Assembly (NCBI RefSeq): GCF_902459465.1
Contig: NC_047066.1
Coordinates: forward strand, 9,362,001 to 9,426,000
From: Asterias rubens
Taxonomy: Eukaryota
DNA length: 64,000 bases
Direction: 5' to 3'
Shown one piece after another: positions 24,117 through 36,662 of the stretch (the stretch's first letter is position 1; each line of letters opens with the position of its first letter). The translations under genes and the position numbers were made by a program. The notes under the pieces were generated by a model. That model did no database searches. It was not told the DNA's origin and saw only the letters and a list, made by a program, of their open reading frames with translations.

Positions 24117-27100
24117 TCACATCCTTATTTCCTCCGTCTGCCCACACGTCCTTGCACGCTTTTGCCTCTTCAGTCTTATCTCGACGACATAGTATAGCGA
24201 GACAGACACAAGAAGTAGCGAGATGATAGAGTAGAGTTTGTAAGACACACATACCGACGCTGGGATGCTGACAGCAAATGAAGCTGTTAGTCCACAGAAG
24301 AAACAGAAGTAGTAGGCAGAGAAAGCTGGCCCTGGGTTATCTGGATACAGCACGCTGATGAACACTAGATATAAAGAGAAACGAGCCAGCTAAAACATGC
24401 CTATTCGTTTTCACTACCTTATGGAGACCAAGGAAAAAACAAAAAAGGGAAAATAAAAGGACTCCATAGGGACACTCTAAAGGCCTGGGTGCCCCACAAG
24501 GAGTTTTGTGGGAAGATCTACAGTACGGGGCAATGGAAAGAACAAAACATGTCTCCAAAGGGATGGAAAAAAGGGAATTGTGTACCCCTGGAGATTGTGC
24601 CACTAACCCCCACCCCCCCCCCCTCACGGCGAATTGTGTACAAACTCTCTTCCATCCCATGAAATCATTTCCAATGTGGGGGACATACAAAATCTCCGGT
24701 GACAGATTTCCCTAGGGCACCGGTACGGTACCACATTTATACAAAAACATTGACTCATGTTAACTGATGTAACTAATAATTGTGTCCAAATACAACAGCT
24801 CTGCAAACTTTCAATCAAAGAAAATTACCTTCCGTGAATAATTGTTTTTATTTTTTTTATTTTTGAGTGACATTCAAATTATTTTTGGCTTTTCACTTAA
24901 TACGGCTGCCCATAGTTGTCCATTTTGCAACAACTTCGGCAGTCTACATAATGTATAAATCTGCTGGACAGTGTATAAATTCTGCTGAACCCACCTCGTG
25001 TTTGTAGTTGCCACACTGCATCCCCATACCCGAACAAAACAGCAATGGCGTACAGGTGCCAGACTTCACCTGTCTCTGGGTCCCAGACTAAACATACGAC
25101 CAACAAAGCCAAAGTATGAGCTCCGGATATTGTTATAAACATCACTCGCCCAACATACTGACGGATCAGTCCGATGGCCAAGTTTCCTACGGCATCGGCA
25201 GAAGCAAATGCCATAATGACGTAACCGACTGCGTGTATACCCTGTGTACAGTTCACGTATGACTGTGTGGGAAGAAAAGAAAGAACAACTAAAAACTAGA
25301 GATGTGGTTTTCTCATGTTTGTTCTAGTATGGTTGAGATGGAACCCCGTCACTCTCAATGCTGTCTTCCTATGGGTTGTACGATTCTCCCAGCGAGAACG
25401 ATTCTTTCGAAAACAAATCTTTTTTTCCCCGAGCTATTTAAAAATGTTAATAATTTTAAAATGTTGAATAGTCTGTCACAGTTATTCAGTCGTTTTTATC
25501 TAAGATGATTTGCAAATGAATAAACATAATATTAAAAGATATGTTGATGTGACTGTCCTGGGTTAAAACCCTGGAGGCCGAGGCTGCTAAACAAAAAACA
25601 CTGACGAAATAATTTCGCTTCATTGGAAGGGACTTTTAATTAGAGTACATTTAAGTCTGTTCGAGGGTAGTCCGAAGGTAATTACCATACTAGAAATCCG
25701 TTGTTTTAACCTGGTATGGGATTTGACGCATTGCATGGTGAGATATTTTTGTAACTTGACTTGCGGTACACCAACATTCTACCTTGCAAGTGGACATGTT
25801 ACCGCAAACCAAACATAATTATATTTAGATATATATACTATATATATAGATATATATACTTAGCCTAACAAACAGATAGAAAGGTATAGACTCTTGTTGG
25901 CTGCAGACCGTGGTGACCGTGGTGACCTTTGACTGAACTCAATCCCATCTCAAAGGTTGATGGAGATAATGTAATATTACGTAATATAAACAGTTCCTGT
26001 GGTATTGGTAGAAACTTTTTTCTCGGCAATAATATAAATTGCATACTCAAAGGTCTACATTCCTCACTGAGATGAGACATATAATTTGGTTACCATGGGT
26101 TTCTATAAAGATTTATTACCCTTTGATTGTATTACAATCAAGCGCGGATTCAGGAATTTGCCAGAAGATGGTGGAACCAATATAGCATGTAACAAAGGCC
26201 ATGACGGAGAGAAAGGTTAGAGGTAGGATCGAACAACGAAGAAGTACCTGACGAATTGAAATCAAGCGAGAAGCGTTATTTTTTTTCCAGGACAGATGAA
26301 ACCGCTTACCATAATGGGCGCATGCTAAGTGGCCCTCATTCTGTCCTGGTGGGAACAGACCCGAAAGTTGGTAAAACGCGCCCATTTATGGTAAGTGGCC
26401 TCATCTGTCCTGGGAAAAAAAGATGCACAAGCGGGCACACGAAAGTTAATTCTGTGGCGAGGTAACAGCTATTATACGGCACTAGTTATTGAAGCTTACA
26501 CAAGAGCATGCAGGAGTCGGGGCCCGTGGATACACACATGACTTCTATCATCTGCCCATTGCTCAGAAATATCACTCTGGCGTATTTTGTAAGGGTTTCA
26601 TAATGGGAGACTTTGGAACGCTAGGTGTCAGCAGACTTACCAGGTAAATTTCCATTGTTTACGTATAGTTCTGAGCATGCGCACATTACCGAGAACAATG
26701 GATTTTACCTGCTGCCACCAAGCGTCCCAAAAGTCTCCCATTGCCTTTGCATAGTTTGGAGCTCCTGGTAGTTCGGGTTTATTGATCAAAAGTGGTCTCC
26801 AAAGTAATTGTTTGGCAAAAAGAAACAATCACTTTGTAAGTAAAGCAATCACTTGTTTAATTGTACCTATTTTAAAAAAAACATTTTTCATTAATTAACA
26901 TACTTTGATCATTACAGATAAAGTTGCCATTAGTGACCTTGTTCGGAGAAAACGTTATTATTATTTGAATACCAGGGTTTACCAGGGATTACATAACACG
27001 ATTGATAACGGTGTCCTTGGACAACGGGTAATGTATTGGTCCCATATTGTAACATATAAAGGCAGACATTGTTGGTAATTACTCAAAATTATTGCTAGCA

Positions 27101-28365
27101 GAAAAACTTACTGAACAAGTTATGTAAAGCTGTTGACAGTATACAAAAAAACTGTGAGAAACGGCTTCCTCTGAAGTAATGTAGTTTTTGAGGAAGACAT
27201 TATTCTCCTAAAAATATAAGAGACCTCAGCTGAGGTATCGAATTCAAGGCATCTGAAGCACATTGTTTACTTGGAATCTGGACGACCAATTGAGCTCAAA
27301 TTTTCACAGGTTTGCTATTTTATACATGAGACATACCATGTGAGAATACTGCACTGGTCTTTGACAAAGGTCTCCATAACCGTGCCTTTAAATATATTAT
27401 TCACAAACAAAGTTAAAATAAATGTCCCATTCAAGCAGTTAATAATACTACACCTTGGTGAAATCTCCCATGACAAAAGAGAAATGGACTCCAGCAAAGA
27501 AAGCCAGTGGCATGAGCATCAGTAGGTGTGGTTCCTTCAAGGCTCTCAGCACCGCTAACCAACCAGCATCACTAGTAGTACCCTCCTTGACAGTCACTAC
27601 CTCTTTCTCAGACATCTCAGCATCATCCTTAGAGACGGTAGAGTACAAGTTTGGTTTCATCGGATCAAGGAAAATGACAAGAACAAGAGGCGAGAGGACC
27701 AAACCACATGCTGAGAAACACCCGAGAAATATCCAGATGATTTGACGGGGTGCCTCGACTGCACCAGTTGCCTCCTGCGGGATCTCCGCTCCGCAGTCCC
27801 GGGCTCCACAACGCCCCAGACTGAAATTCCGGCCCTTGAAGATATTATCCTCCGAACCAGTCATAGTAACTGCTAACACTTTAGATACAAGAAACGTTGA
27901 CACTACATAGCTGATTTGCCAAGACATTTGAATAAGCGCTAAGTAGCGGTTCGTAAGGCCCTCTGTTGTTTGGCTTGTCAAACGTGCCTTCTTCGAGGCA
28001 AGGGTATTCAAATACGTCGATATTGCTGTCCATATAGAATTGATTCCAAGACCACATAGAAGAGCCAAAGGAATGATGATTTCAAAACGAGGAAAGAAAT
28101 TGCTGACAGCGTACACACCGATTGACAGTGAACCTATGATCATTGTGGTCTTAAGTCCAAGCCTCCTATTCATAACGGGTGCGAGCAGCAGAGTGGACAC
28201 CATGCCTGCTGCGTACATGCAACTCAAGCTCGCTAGACCGAGACCTTCGGACGAATTAAAACTGCTCTGTAGTGATTGTAAAGAGCTAAAACACAGCGAA
28301 TTGAGAGCAGCCATGAGCATCACAGCTCCAAGGTTCTTGAGGATATTTCTATTTCCCTGATCCAT
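24117..28365 (-). CDS. UNC93A: UNC93A-like MFS membrane protein, divergent paralog (475 aa)
   Basis: Exons 28365-27454, 25262-24995, 24364-24117 (1428 nt, phases 0 and 1). Motifs SLQSLQSSFNSSEGLGLASLS, NFFPRF, CGARDCG, GDFTKSYVNCTQGIHAVGYVIMAF, GDAVWQLQ. The symbol means family-level similarity, not orthology. Confidence 0.9.
26279..26421. mobile_element. Short palindromic MITE-like repeat
   Basis: TTTTCCAGGACAGATGAAACCGCTTACCATAATGGGCGC is inverted to GCGCCCATTTATGGTAAGTGGCCTCATCTGTCCTGGGAAAA; resembles the arms at 40710 and 41490. Confidence 0.6.
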
Positions 28366-28794
28366 CGTGATACTGAACCGTTTTCCTCGCACAAAGTTAC
28401 CTTTACCTTGATACCCGTTGAAAGCTTGACCTGGATTGATAGCGGCGTGAATTGGTCGTAATTTCCAGATAAATTGACACTCTGTGCAAATAATGGTTTT
28501 AAAGGCATATACACTATTGGTAATTACTCAAAATAATTGTTAGCATAAAAACTTACTTGGTAACTAGCAATGGAGAGCCGTTGATAGTATTAACCACTGT
28601 GAGAAACGGCTCCCTCGTCTGAAGTAACGTAGTTTATGAATTTTTCACTAAGATATTTGAATGGAATTGGAGGCCTCAGCTGAGTTCTCGAACTCTGAAA
28701 GCACACAACTTCAAGGGTGTTTTCCCTCTTTTATTCTCTCGCAATTTCGAAGACCAATATTGAGTTCACATTTTCACAGGTTTGTTGTGTTATG

Positions 28795-29156
28795 CAGCGG
28801 AACCAGGGGGTGGCCCGGAGGGCACGTGCCCCCCGGGTAAAGCAAAATCAGGAGTATCACAAGGCTCCAACAATATTTTGTTGACAAACTTTTACTGCAT
28901 TATTTGTATTGCATGTGTACCTTTAAGTAACTTCAGATGAAGTGGAAGGGTCCAAGAAATGTCTCCGAAAAGGCCTTAGATTGCACCAGAGAGTATCTAC
29001 GGCATAACGATTTCCCGGGGCCCTAAAGCGGGCCTAGGACCCCACGCCGTAATGGCCGCGCGCTTCGCGAACAACAAAACAATTTGTTTCAGCAAAACAA
29101 CAAATACTATGACTACAAAGTTGTCCCCCGGTTAAAAAATCCTGGATCCGCGCCTG
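28795..29156. mobile_element. hAT-like MITE nested in a Kolobok-like MITE, in the UNC93 head-to-head spacer
   Basis: Right TIR CCTGGATCCGCGCCTG and eroded left TIR CAGCGGAACCAGG, flanked by TTATG(CA)/TTATGCAT; the host MITE resumes on both sides. Confidence 0.7.
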
Positions 29157-29453
29157 TTATGCATAATTAAAAAAAATTGAGATACACCAAAGGAAAAGAC
29201 TGGTCTTTGACAAAATTACCAGAGGTGTCCATCAGTGCCTTTAAGGGGCATTGTTTGCCGTATATTCGTACAATCTGATAATATGCACAGTCCTGATGCG
29301 TTATTGACTAGATGTACGTGAGTATTATTAGCCCATCCAGTTTACAATTTGGTTGTTATCAGTCTCCCTATATTAACAACCTTTCTGTTTCATGTTATAT
29401 TCTACACTGAACATGATACCTATTCCAGAGCCAGTGAACGGCAGTTGTGCATC

Positions 29454-32400
29454 ATGGAGACCGCAGGGAATGTGTGAGTTGGTGTCATGAACTATAATAA
29501 CCTGTTTTTATTGTTTGTGTTACATTGTTACGATGTGTTTTTGCCTTGTATTTATGGCCTCCCAATCTTTGCCAATCTTTACGACGTTGCATTAAAACAA
29601 TATATTTATACAGCTATCAATGGACATCCAATCTGACGGTGGTGTCGCTCAGTCCAAATGTTTCATAGAAGTTGTGGACAAGTCGTTAATGGTATGTCGC
29701 TGTAAGATAGTTGAGTCGTGGTGGTGGCGTAATGGTTCAGGTTTGCACGATCGAAGACTATCTCTCGCGAGATCACTGCTCTCGCGCGAAGCTCCTGGCT
29801 GCCGACTAATGCCCCCCCCCCCCCCCCCCCCCCCCATTAAAGGCAGTGGACACACTTCACACTATTGGTAATCACTCAACATAATTATTAGCATGAAACC
29901 TCACTTGGTAACGAGTAAAGTGGATTTCGAGACCTCAGATTTAGAATTTGAGGTCTCGAAATCAAGCATCTGAAAGCACACAACTTCGTGTTTTTACTTT
30001 CATTATTATCTCGCAACATTCGATGACCGATTGAGCTATCATTAATTTAGCGTTGTATTTTAAGTGTACACTTTTTGCCCAGCAATACAAACAAACAAAT
30101 AAAACGAAGAAGAAAAAAAATCCAGAAGATAAAACGGTGTTTGAGCCAAGAGTTGAAACTAGTACAAGGCAATATAACTATCTTTGTTCTATTTCAGCTT
30201 CAATACGACTTCAAGAAGGAACACGGTAAACATCGTAGCAGTATGCGTAGTCTTTGCTTTTAACTCGTTTTCCTATAGCTCTCTACAGTCCATGCAGAGC
30301 AGCTTGAACCCGTCCAAAGGGCTTGGCCTGGCTAGCCTGAGCTGTCTCTACGCTGCAATGACTTTGTCAAGTCTATTTATATCTCCAATAATGATCAGGA
30401 AACTCGGCACGAAGAGGACCATGATTCTTGGCTCACTGGCCTTTGGTCTGTACGCAGTGTCGAACTTTTTCCCGCGGTTTTATACGATAGTCCCGTCTGC
30501 GCTCATCTGTGGGCTTGCCACCGGACCGAACTGGTCCGCGGTGTCGACTTATTTGCACACCCTTGCTCAGGACAAAGCCAGGGGTACCGGTGAAGAGCGG
30601 GCAGAGGTGCTCACAAGTCGATATCTCGGTTTGATCAATACTGCATGGCAAGTAGCGTACATCATCTCAACATTTCTAGTTTCAAATGTGATGACAAATA
30701 ACGCCGAAGAAGATGGCGTCTTGATGATGCAGAATTTCAGCGTGTCCCGATGTGGTGCGAGGGACTGCGGTGCTGATATGCCGCAAGAGGCAGTCGGTGC
30801 GGTCAAACCGCCTGATTATATCATCCACATTTTCTTAGCATGCTTTTCAACGAGTGGTTTGATTGTGGCACCTCTTGTGGGCGTATTCTTCATTCAAGAC
30901 ATCGGGCCAAAGTATAAGGCTGTGTCTGCTGCAGAAGTGGATGCAACGCCTGGAGAGGAGACTATTAACTGGCTGGCTACACTCAAAGCATTACAAAGGC
31001 CACAGCTCTTGATGCTCACACCGTTTGCTGTATATACCGGCATGTTCTACTCATTTGTAATGGCGGACTTTACAAAGGTAATTTTGTTTTCAGTTCAGTT
31101 GAATTAATTTGGCTTAAAAAAGCCAATCTAACAAAACAAAGGACGATCAAATATTTTTTACATACCTATTTTTAAATTATTAAAGTAAAAGTTGAGCGGG
31201 CAGAAGTCACAACAATGTTGAACATGGTGGAATTTTTGCTAAATTTCTTAAAGGCAGTGGACACTATTGGTTATTACTCAAAATAATTGTTAACGCCTTA
31301 CTTGGTTACGAGTAATGGAGAGAGGTTGATAGTGAAAAACATTGTGAGAAATGGCTCCCTCTAACGCTGAAGTAACGTAGTGTTCGAGAAAGAAGTATGT
31401 TTCCACGAATTTGATTTCGAGACCTCAGAATTAGATTTTGAGGTCTCTAATTCAAGCATCTGAAAGCCCACAACTTCGTGTGACAAGGGTGTTTTTTTTT
31501 TTTCATTATCACTCGCAACTTACTTCGACGACCAATTGAGCTCAAATTTTCACAGGATTGTTATTATGCATAAAAGTGAAAAATGTGTTGAGATACACCA
31601 AGTGAGAAGACTGGTCTTTGACAATCTCCAGTAGTGTCCAGTGTCTCTAAGCAAGGTATCAAACTTGACCGCTTGCTAGACCAGCATGCACCTCATTCAA
31701 CGCCAACAGCACACGTCGACTATTTGCGATAAGGTCTACTGTCAGACCAAGACAGTGACCATGAGCAAGTTCGAGTGTGCACAATGGTTAACTAAAGGTT
31801 GACCATTTTTACTCGAACCCAGGCTGGTCGACCATTGGTTGACTACTGTGGTCGACCATTTGGAACCAGCCTCGAGCCCATGGTTTCTTCACTGGTCCCA
31901 ATAGCATGTTCCGTTCTAACATGTGTTAAGCGCAGAGGGGAACCAGTGACACTTAAGCAAAAAGGTGGGAGGTCGACTAGACTACCAAACGAGTCGTTCG
32001 GGTGAGTACGTCACTGCACATGTGCGTTGCTAGTCTGTGGTCGACCACTGGTGGACTAAAATGTGCGCACTCGAAGTTGCTAAATGTAATATGTTGCTTG
32101 TTTATAAAACTATATTTTTTTTTCAAATGTTATCTACATTTTTTTTTTTTATGAATTCCAGTCTTTCGTTAGCTGCACGCAAGGCATTCACATGGTCGGT
32201 TACGTCATCATGACGTTTGCAACAGCTGATGCAGTTTTCACAGTAGTGATAGGCTGGATTGGGAAGGTGCTGGGTAGATTGGCGTTATTTACTGGGGCAG
32301 CGGCGATAAACATTGCCGTAATGGCCGTGTGCTTGGTCTGGAACCCTGACTTAGGAGAGAGATGGCATCTGTACTCACTGGCAGTGGCATTGGCTTTGTG

Positions 32401-33515
32401 TGATGCAGTATGGACGATACAGATACGAGGTACAAGTTAATTTTGTGTAATGAATAACCACAAATTCACAAAGTTTGCAACCTGTTATAAATATAGGCAT
32501 AATAAAATAATCTTTGAACATAGTTCAACAGCGAATGCATTATTTTGGTTATTGTATAGTTTCGTTTTGTACAGAACAAGTACAAGCACATCCGATCACT
32601 CAGCAGATCTCTCTGATTTTCGCTAACGGAATAANNNNNNNNNNNNNNNNNNNNNNNNNNNNNNNNNNNNNNNNNNNNNNNNNNNNNNNNNNNNNNNNNN
32701 NNNNNNNNNNNNNNNNNNNNNNNNNNNNNNNNNNNNNNNNNNNNNNNNNNNNNNNNNNNNNNNNNNNNNNNNNNNNNNNNNNNNNNNNNNNNNNNNNNNN
32801 NNNNNNNNNNNNNNNNNNNNNNNNNNNNNNNNNNNNNNNNNNNNNNNNNNNNNNNNNNNNNNNNNNNNNNNNNNNNNNNNNNNNNNNNNNNNNNNNNNNN
32901 NNNNNNNNNNNNNNNNNNNNNNNNNNNNNNNNNNNNNNNNNNNNNNNNNNNNNNNNNNNNNNNNNNNNNNNNNNNNNNNNNNNNNNNNNNNNNNNNNNNN
33001 NNNNNNNNNNNNNNNNNNNNNNNNNNNNNNNNNNNNATGTTTTGGCTGTTGTTACTGTTGGCGTTGTTTTTTATTTTTTATTTTTTATTTTTTATTGTTG
33101 GTATATTGTTAATTAAGCTGTTTTTCAGTATTGCACCTGCCTGCTACCGTTGTTGTATTTGATGTGTTGATACCTATAATTCGGAAGTAAACAAACCACA
33201 ATCTTGATATTGTACATTGCAGTACTAGCCAGCGTGCTGTTCCCAAACAACCAAGAGGCGGTATTCTCCGCGATTTACTTCTTCAGTTCTATCGGATACA
33301 CCATATCATTTGCTACCAGTATCCCATCATCTGTATGCATCTCTTACAAGTTGTATGGCCTCACCACTCTACTCTGTGTTTCTATGCTCCTCTACTACAC
33401 TGATGAAGTCCTAGTGAAGATGAAAGACAAGCGAGGGTATAAAGAGGGTGGTGAAGTTACTAGAGAAGTCGTCATGGTCAGCTTTGATGGTGATGGTGCA
33501 GTCAAAACACTCTAA
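29454..33515 (+). CDS. UNC93A: UNC93A-like MFS membrane protein, copy A (486 aa)
   Basis: Exons 29454-29473 (METAGNV), 30198-31077, 32162-32429, 33223-33515 (1461 nt, phases 2,0,1). The last two introns are in the same positions as in the - strand paralog. Family-level symbol. Confidence 0.9.
31256..31647. mobile_element. Kolobok/T2-like MITE in UNC93 copy A intron 2
   Basis: TTAA|AGGCAGTGGACAC ... GTGTCCAGTGTCT; the homologous copy is at about 38390-38908. Confidence 0.8.
32635..33036. other. Assembly gap (402 N)
   Basis: Run of N at the same intron position as gap 39787-39954. Confidence 1.
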
Positions 33516-33517
33516 AA

Positions 33518-33753
33518 ACTAAAGAGTTGAATCCAACACTTGGAATAGTTCGGTGAGTGACTACACTTTGAAAGTGATGAGTCCAGCATTGTATATGTTA
33601 AATCCAGCATTTTAAAGTATTCGGTCAACAACCCTTTTTATTCTGGATCAGAAATGTTAAACGCTAGATTTAACAAAAAAAACAATGGATGCAACACTTT
33701 CAAAGTGTAGTCACTCACCGAAATCATGCACGGATTGGATTCAACTCTTTAGT
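33518..33753. mobile_element. Palindromic MITE starting 3 nt after the UNC93-A stop codon
   Basis: ACTAAAGAGTTGAATCC...CGGTGAGTGACTACACTTTGAAAGTG is inverted to CACTTTCAAAGTGTAGTCACTCACCG...GGATTCAACTCTTTAGT. Confidence 0.8.
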
Positions 33754-34120
33754 GTGTTAGTAACTAGTTTCGGAATTCTTTATCTGCCATTCTAAATGAT
33801 CTCTGAAATGTCGGAAACAGCGATTTGACGCGAGGGAATGGAGACTTTGATTTTTGTAGATTTGAAAATCTACAAATCTCGTCGACCGACGCATTCCTGC
33901 ACCTTACTAGTTAGTAAACGATTGGAAGTGACTTTTAATTAGAGTACATTTAAGTCTGTTCGAGGGTAGTCCGAAGGTAATTACCATACTAGAAATCCGT
34001 TGTTTTAACCTGGTATGGGATTTGAGGCATTGCATGGTGAGATATTTTTGTAACTTGACTTGCGGTACACCAACATTCTACCTGGCAAGTGGACATGTTA
34101 CCGCAAACCAAATATATATA

Positions 34121-35972
34121 TACATGTAATGAATAGGGTAGATGGCCTTAGCTTTCGATCCAATCCGGACCTTCTTCAGAGGCATAAAACAAGTACAAAC
34201 AAATACATATCCATTTATAGAAAAAGAGAGGGGGAAAGGGATTAAGGAAAGGATCCAGAAAGAAGCGGGAAAATAACAGCCAATCATAGTTTCTATTTCA
34301 GAGACAATACTGGTGGCTATGAACCAATAGGAGTGAAGTGGCGAGGACAAAGGATGTTTAGAATGAAAGGATGGGTTACTGGACCATAAAAGTGGTAAAT
34401 GTATTGTTCGACAACAATGCAGGGAGACATGAAAGGGTAGGATTAGAGAGCAAGTTGCATCATGATGCAACTAACAATGGTCAATTAATAAGAATAGCAA
34501 GATCAAAGGTATGATGATTTTTAAAAAAGGTATGAGGGACCTGTGGAAAAAAAGGGGGGGGGGTTACTTACATCAGATAGTTACAGTGATGAATTTATAA
34601 AAACAACTTTAAACTAGATTAATTTATACTTTATGTACAAAATATATACAACAGTGTTTATGTTGAGTCCAAAGGGTTTGACTGTCTTGAGTTGGTGGAT
34701 CCAGTGTGATTCTCTACTCTTGCGGTGTGTGTCATCACCATTGCAAGCTTCAATCACCAGAAGTTCAACATCAATGACACTATGATTGGGGCTGTTGAAG
34801 TGGATAGAGACTGGGTACGGTTTCTTAGTCTTTATGGAAGAGACATGATTCGCAAAGCGAAGACTAAGTTTTGTCTTAGTCTCTCCCACATATTGTAGCC
34901 CACATCTCTTACATGATATGACATAGACTACATTAGACGTGCTGCGTTCAGAGTCGGTCTTGATGGTGTATGAAGAGCCAGTGGTATGACTCTTCACCTT
35001 AAGTGAGGGCTTAATGTGCAGACACGTTTTGCATTTGGAACGGGTAAATTTGTGACAGCCCAGTATATCTGTCGGGGTTGTGTTTGGACTGTACCTAGGG
35101 GAAGTTTGGCCCTGACTAGTATGTCACCAAGGTTCTTAGGGCGGCGGAATGCAACCATGGGAACCTCAGGGATTGCTGAGTGTAACCTGCTGGAGGAGTG
35201 AAGTATAGGCATGTTATTATTGAGAATTGAGGGAAGTTTGGGTAGTTTGGGGTGGAAGGTAGTGACCAAAGCCACTCTATTGGTAGGAGCTTTTTTAGCT
35301 CCCGTGTTAGTCAACAGAGTATGACGAGGTACGTTGAGAGCCCTGTTGATAGCAAGTTGGACCCTACGTTCGCTATGTCCCCTAGATACAAGGTGTTACC
35401 TTAGCTCTGATGAGCGCCTCTTGTACAGGGTATCTGTGGAACAGATACGCCTGATACGTAAGGCCTGACTGTAAGCAATTGCCTTCTTACAGTGACCAGG
35501 GTGAACTATTGGAGAGAAGGTACTGGTGGGTGTCGGTGGGTTTACTGTAAACATCTGTGGCAAGGCCATTAGGAGACTTGGTTATTGTCACATCTAGAAA
35601 GTTCACACTGGTGAGAGATTGTTCGGTAGTGAACTTTATGGTGGGGTGAAATGAGTTGATATGGTCAATAAACTCATCCAAGCTGTCTTGGTCACCACAC
35701 CAGATGGAGAAAATATTATCAATAAATCTCCACCAAACTAGTGGTCGGTTGGGGGCGGAGGACAGGAGTCTGTCCTCCAACTGAGACATGAATAGGTTAG
35801 CATATGAGGGTGCCATTTTGGTACCCATGGCAGTACCCTGTACCTGTAGAAAATGCCTGTCAGAAAATGTGAAATTATTCTTCATTAGAATGTGGCTCAT
35901 GAGTTCCTTAATATGACTCACTGAGGGGCGGGACTGATTACTAGCATTGAGGGCAGAGACACAAGCACTCAG
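34121..35972 (-). mobile_element. Penelope-like retroelement, 5'-truncated and disrupted (RT C-half plus GIY-YIG endonuclease)
   Basis: RT: NNFTF..QVQGTAMGTKMAPSYANLFM..WWRFIDNIF..FLDV..VYSKPTDTHQYL (35487-35970). Linker LVTTFHPKLP..AFRRPKNLGDILVRA. GIY-YIG VVYVISCKRCGLQYVGET..RESHWIHQLKTVKPFGLN (34614-34997). Frameshifts present; TA-rich flanks. Confidence 0.95.
34142..34185 (-). ncRNA. Minimal type I hammerhead ribozyme
   Basis: - strand: AUGCCU-CUGAAGA-A-GGUCC(GGAUU)GGAUC-GAA-AGCU-A-AGGCCAU. Core intact; stems I and II pair; stem III is the palindrome AGCU. Confidence 0.85.
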
Positions 35973-36662
35973 TATATAGATATATATACTTAGCCTAACA
36001 AACAGATAGAAAGGTATAGACTCTTGTTGGCTGCAAACCTTTATCCATCCATACAATTCAAGGTTCGTGTAGAAATGCTTGCTGCAAAAGTTAGTCTCCA
36101 TGTGTTTCAATATGGATGTGTACAACATGTGTATGTGGGCATGTCAAAGGGGACACTGCCGGTTGGCAAACTTCAGAAGGGTCGTGGTGACCTTTGACTG
36201 AACTCAATCCCATCTCAAAGATTGATGGAGATAATGTAATATTACGTAATATAAACAGTTCCTGTGGTATTGGTAGAAACTGTATTCTCGGCAATAATAT
36301 AAATTGCATACTCAAAGGTCTACATTCCTCACTGAGATGAGACATATAATTTGGTTAAAAAATCCTGGATCCGCGCCTGTTATGCATAATTTAAAAAAAA
36401 TTGAGATACACCAAAGGAAAAGACTGGTCTTTGACAAAAAATTACCAGAGGTGTCCATCAGTGCCGTATATTTGTACAATCTGATAATACGCACAGTCGA
36501 CCTGATGCGTTATTGACTAGATGTACGAGAGTATTATAAGCCCACCCAGCTTACAATTTGGTTGTTATCAGTCTCCCTATATTAATAACCTTTCTGTTTC
36601 ATGATATATTGTACACTGAACATCTTACCTATTCCAGAGCCAGTGAACGGCAGTTGTGCATC

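Noticed and set aside
29620-29871. Paired ORFs in intron 1 of UNC93 A and B (also 36829-37113)
   Set aside because: Intronic, and the frames differ with poly-C length between copies.
36091-36345. 84-aa - strand ORF, duplicated at 25865-26080, next to the PLE RT
   Set aside because: No RT or other motif could be supported; the similarity between the two ORFs is explained by the segmental duplication.
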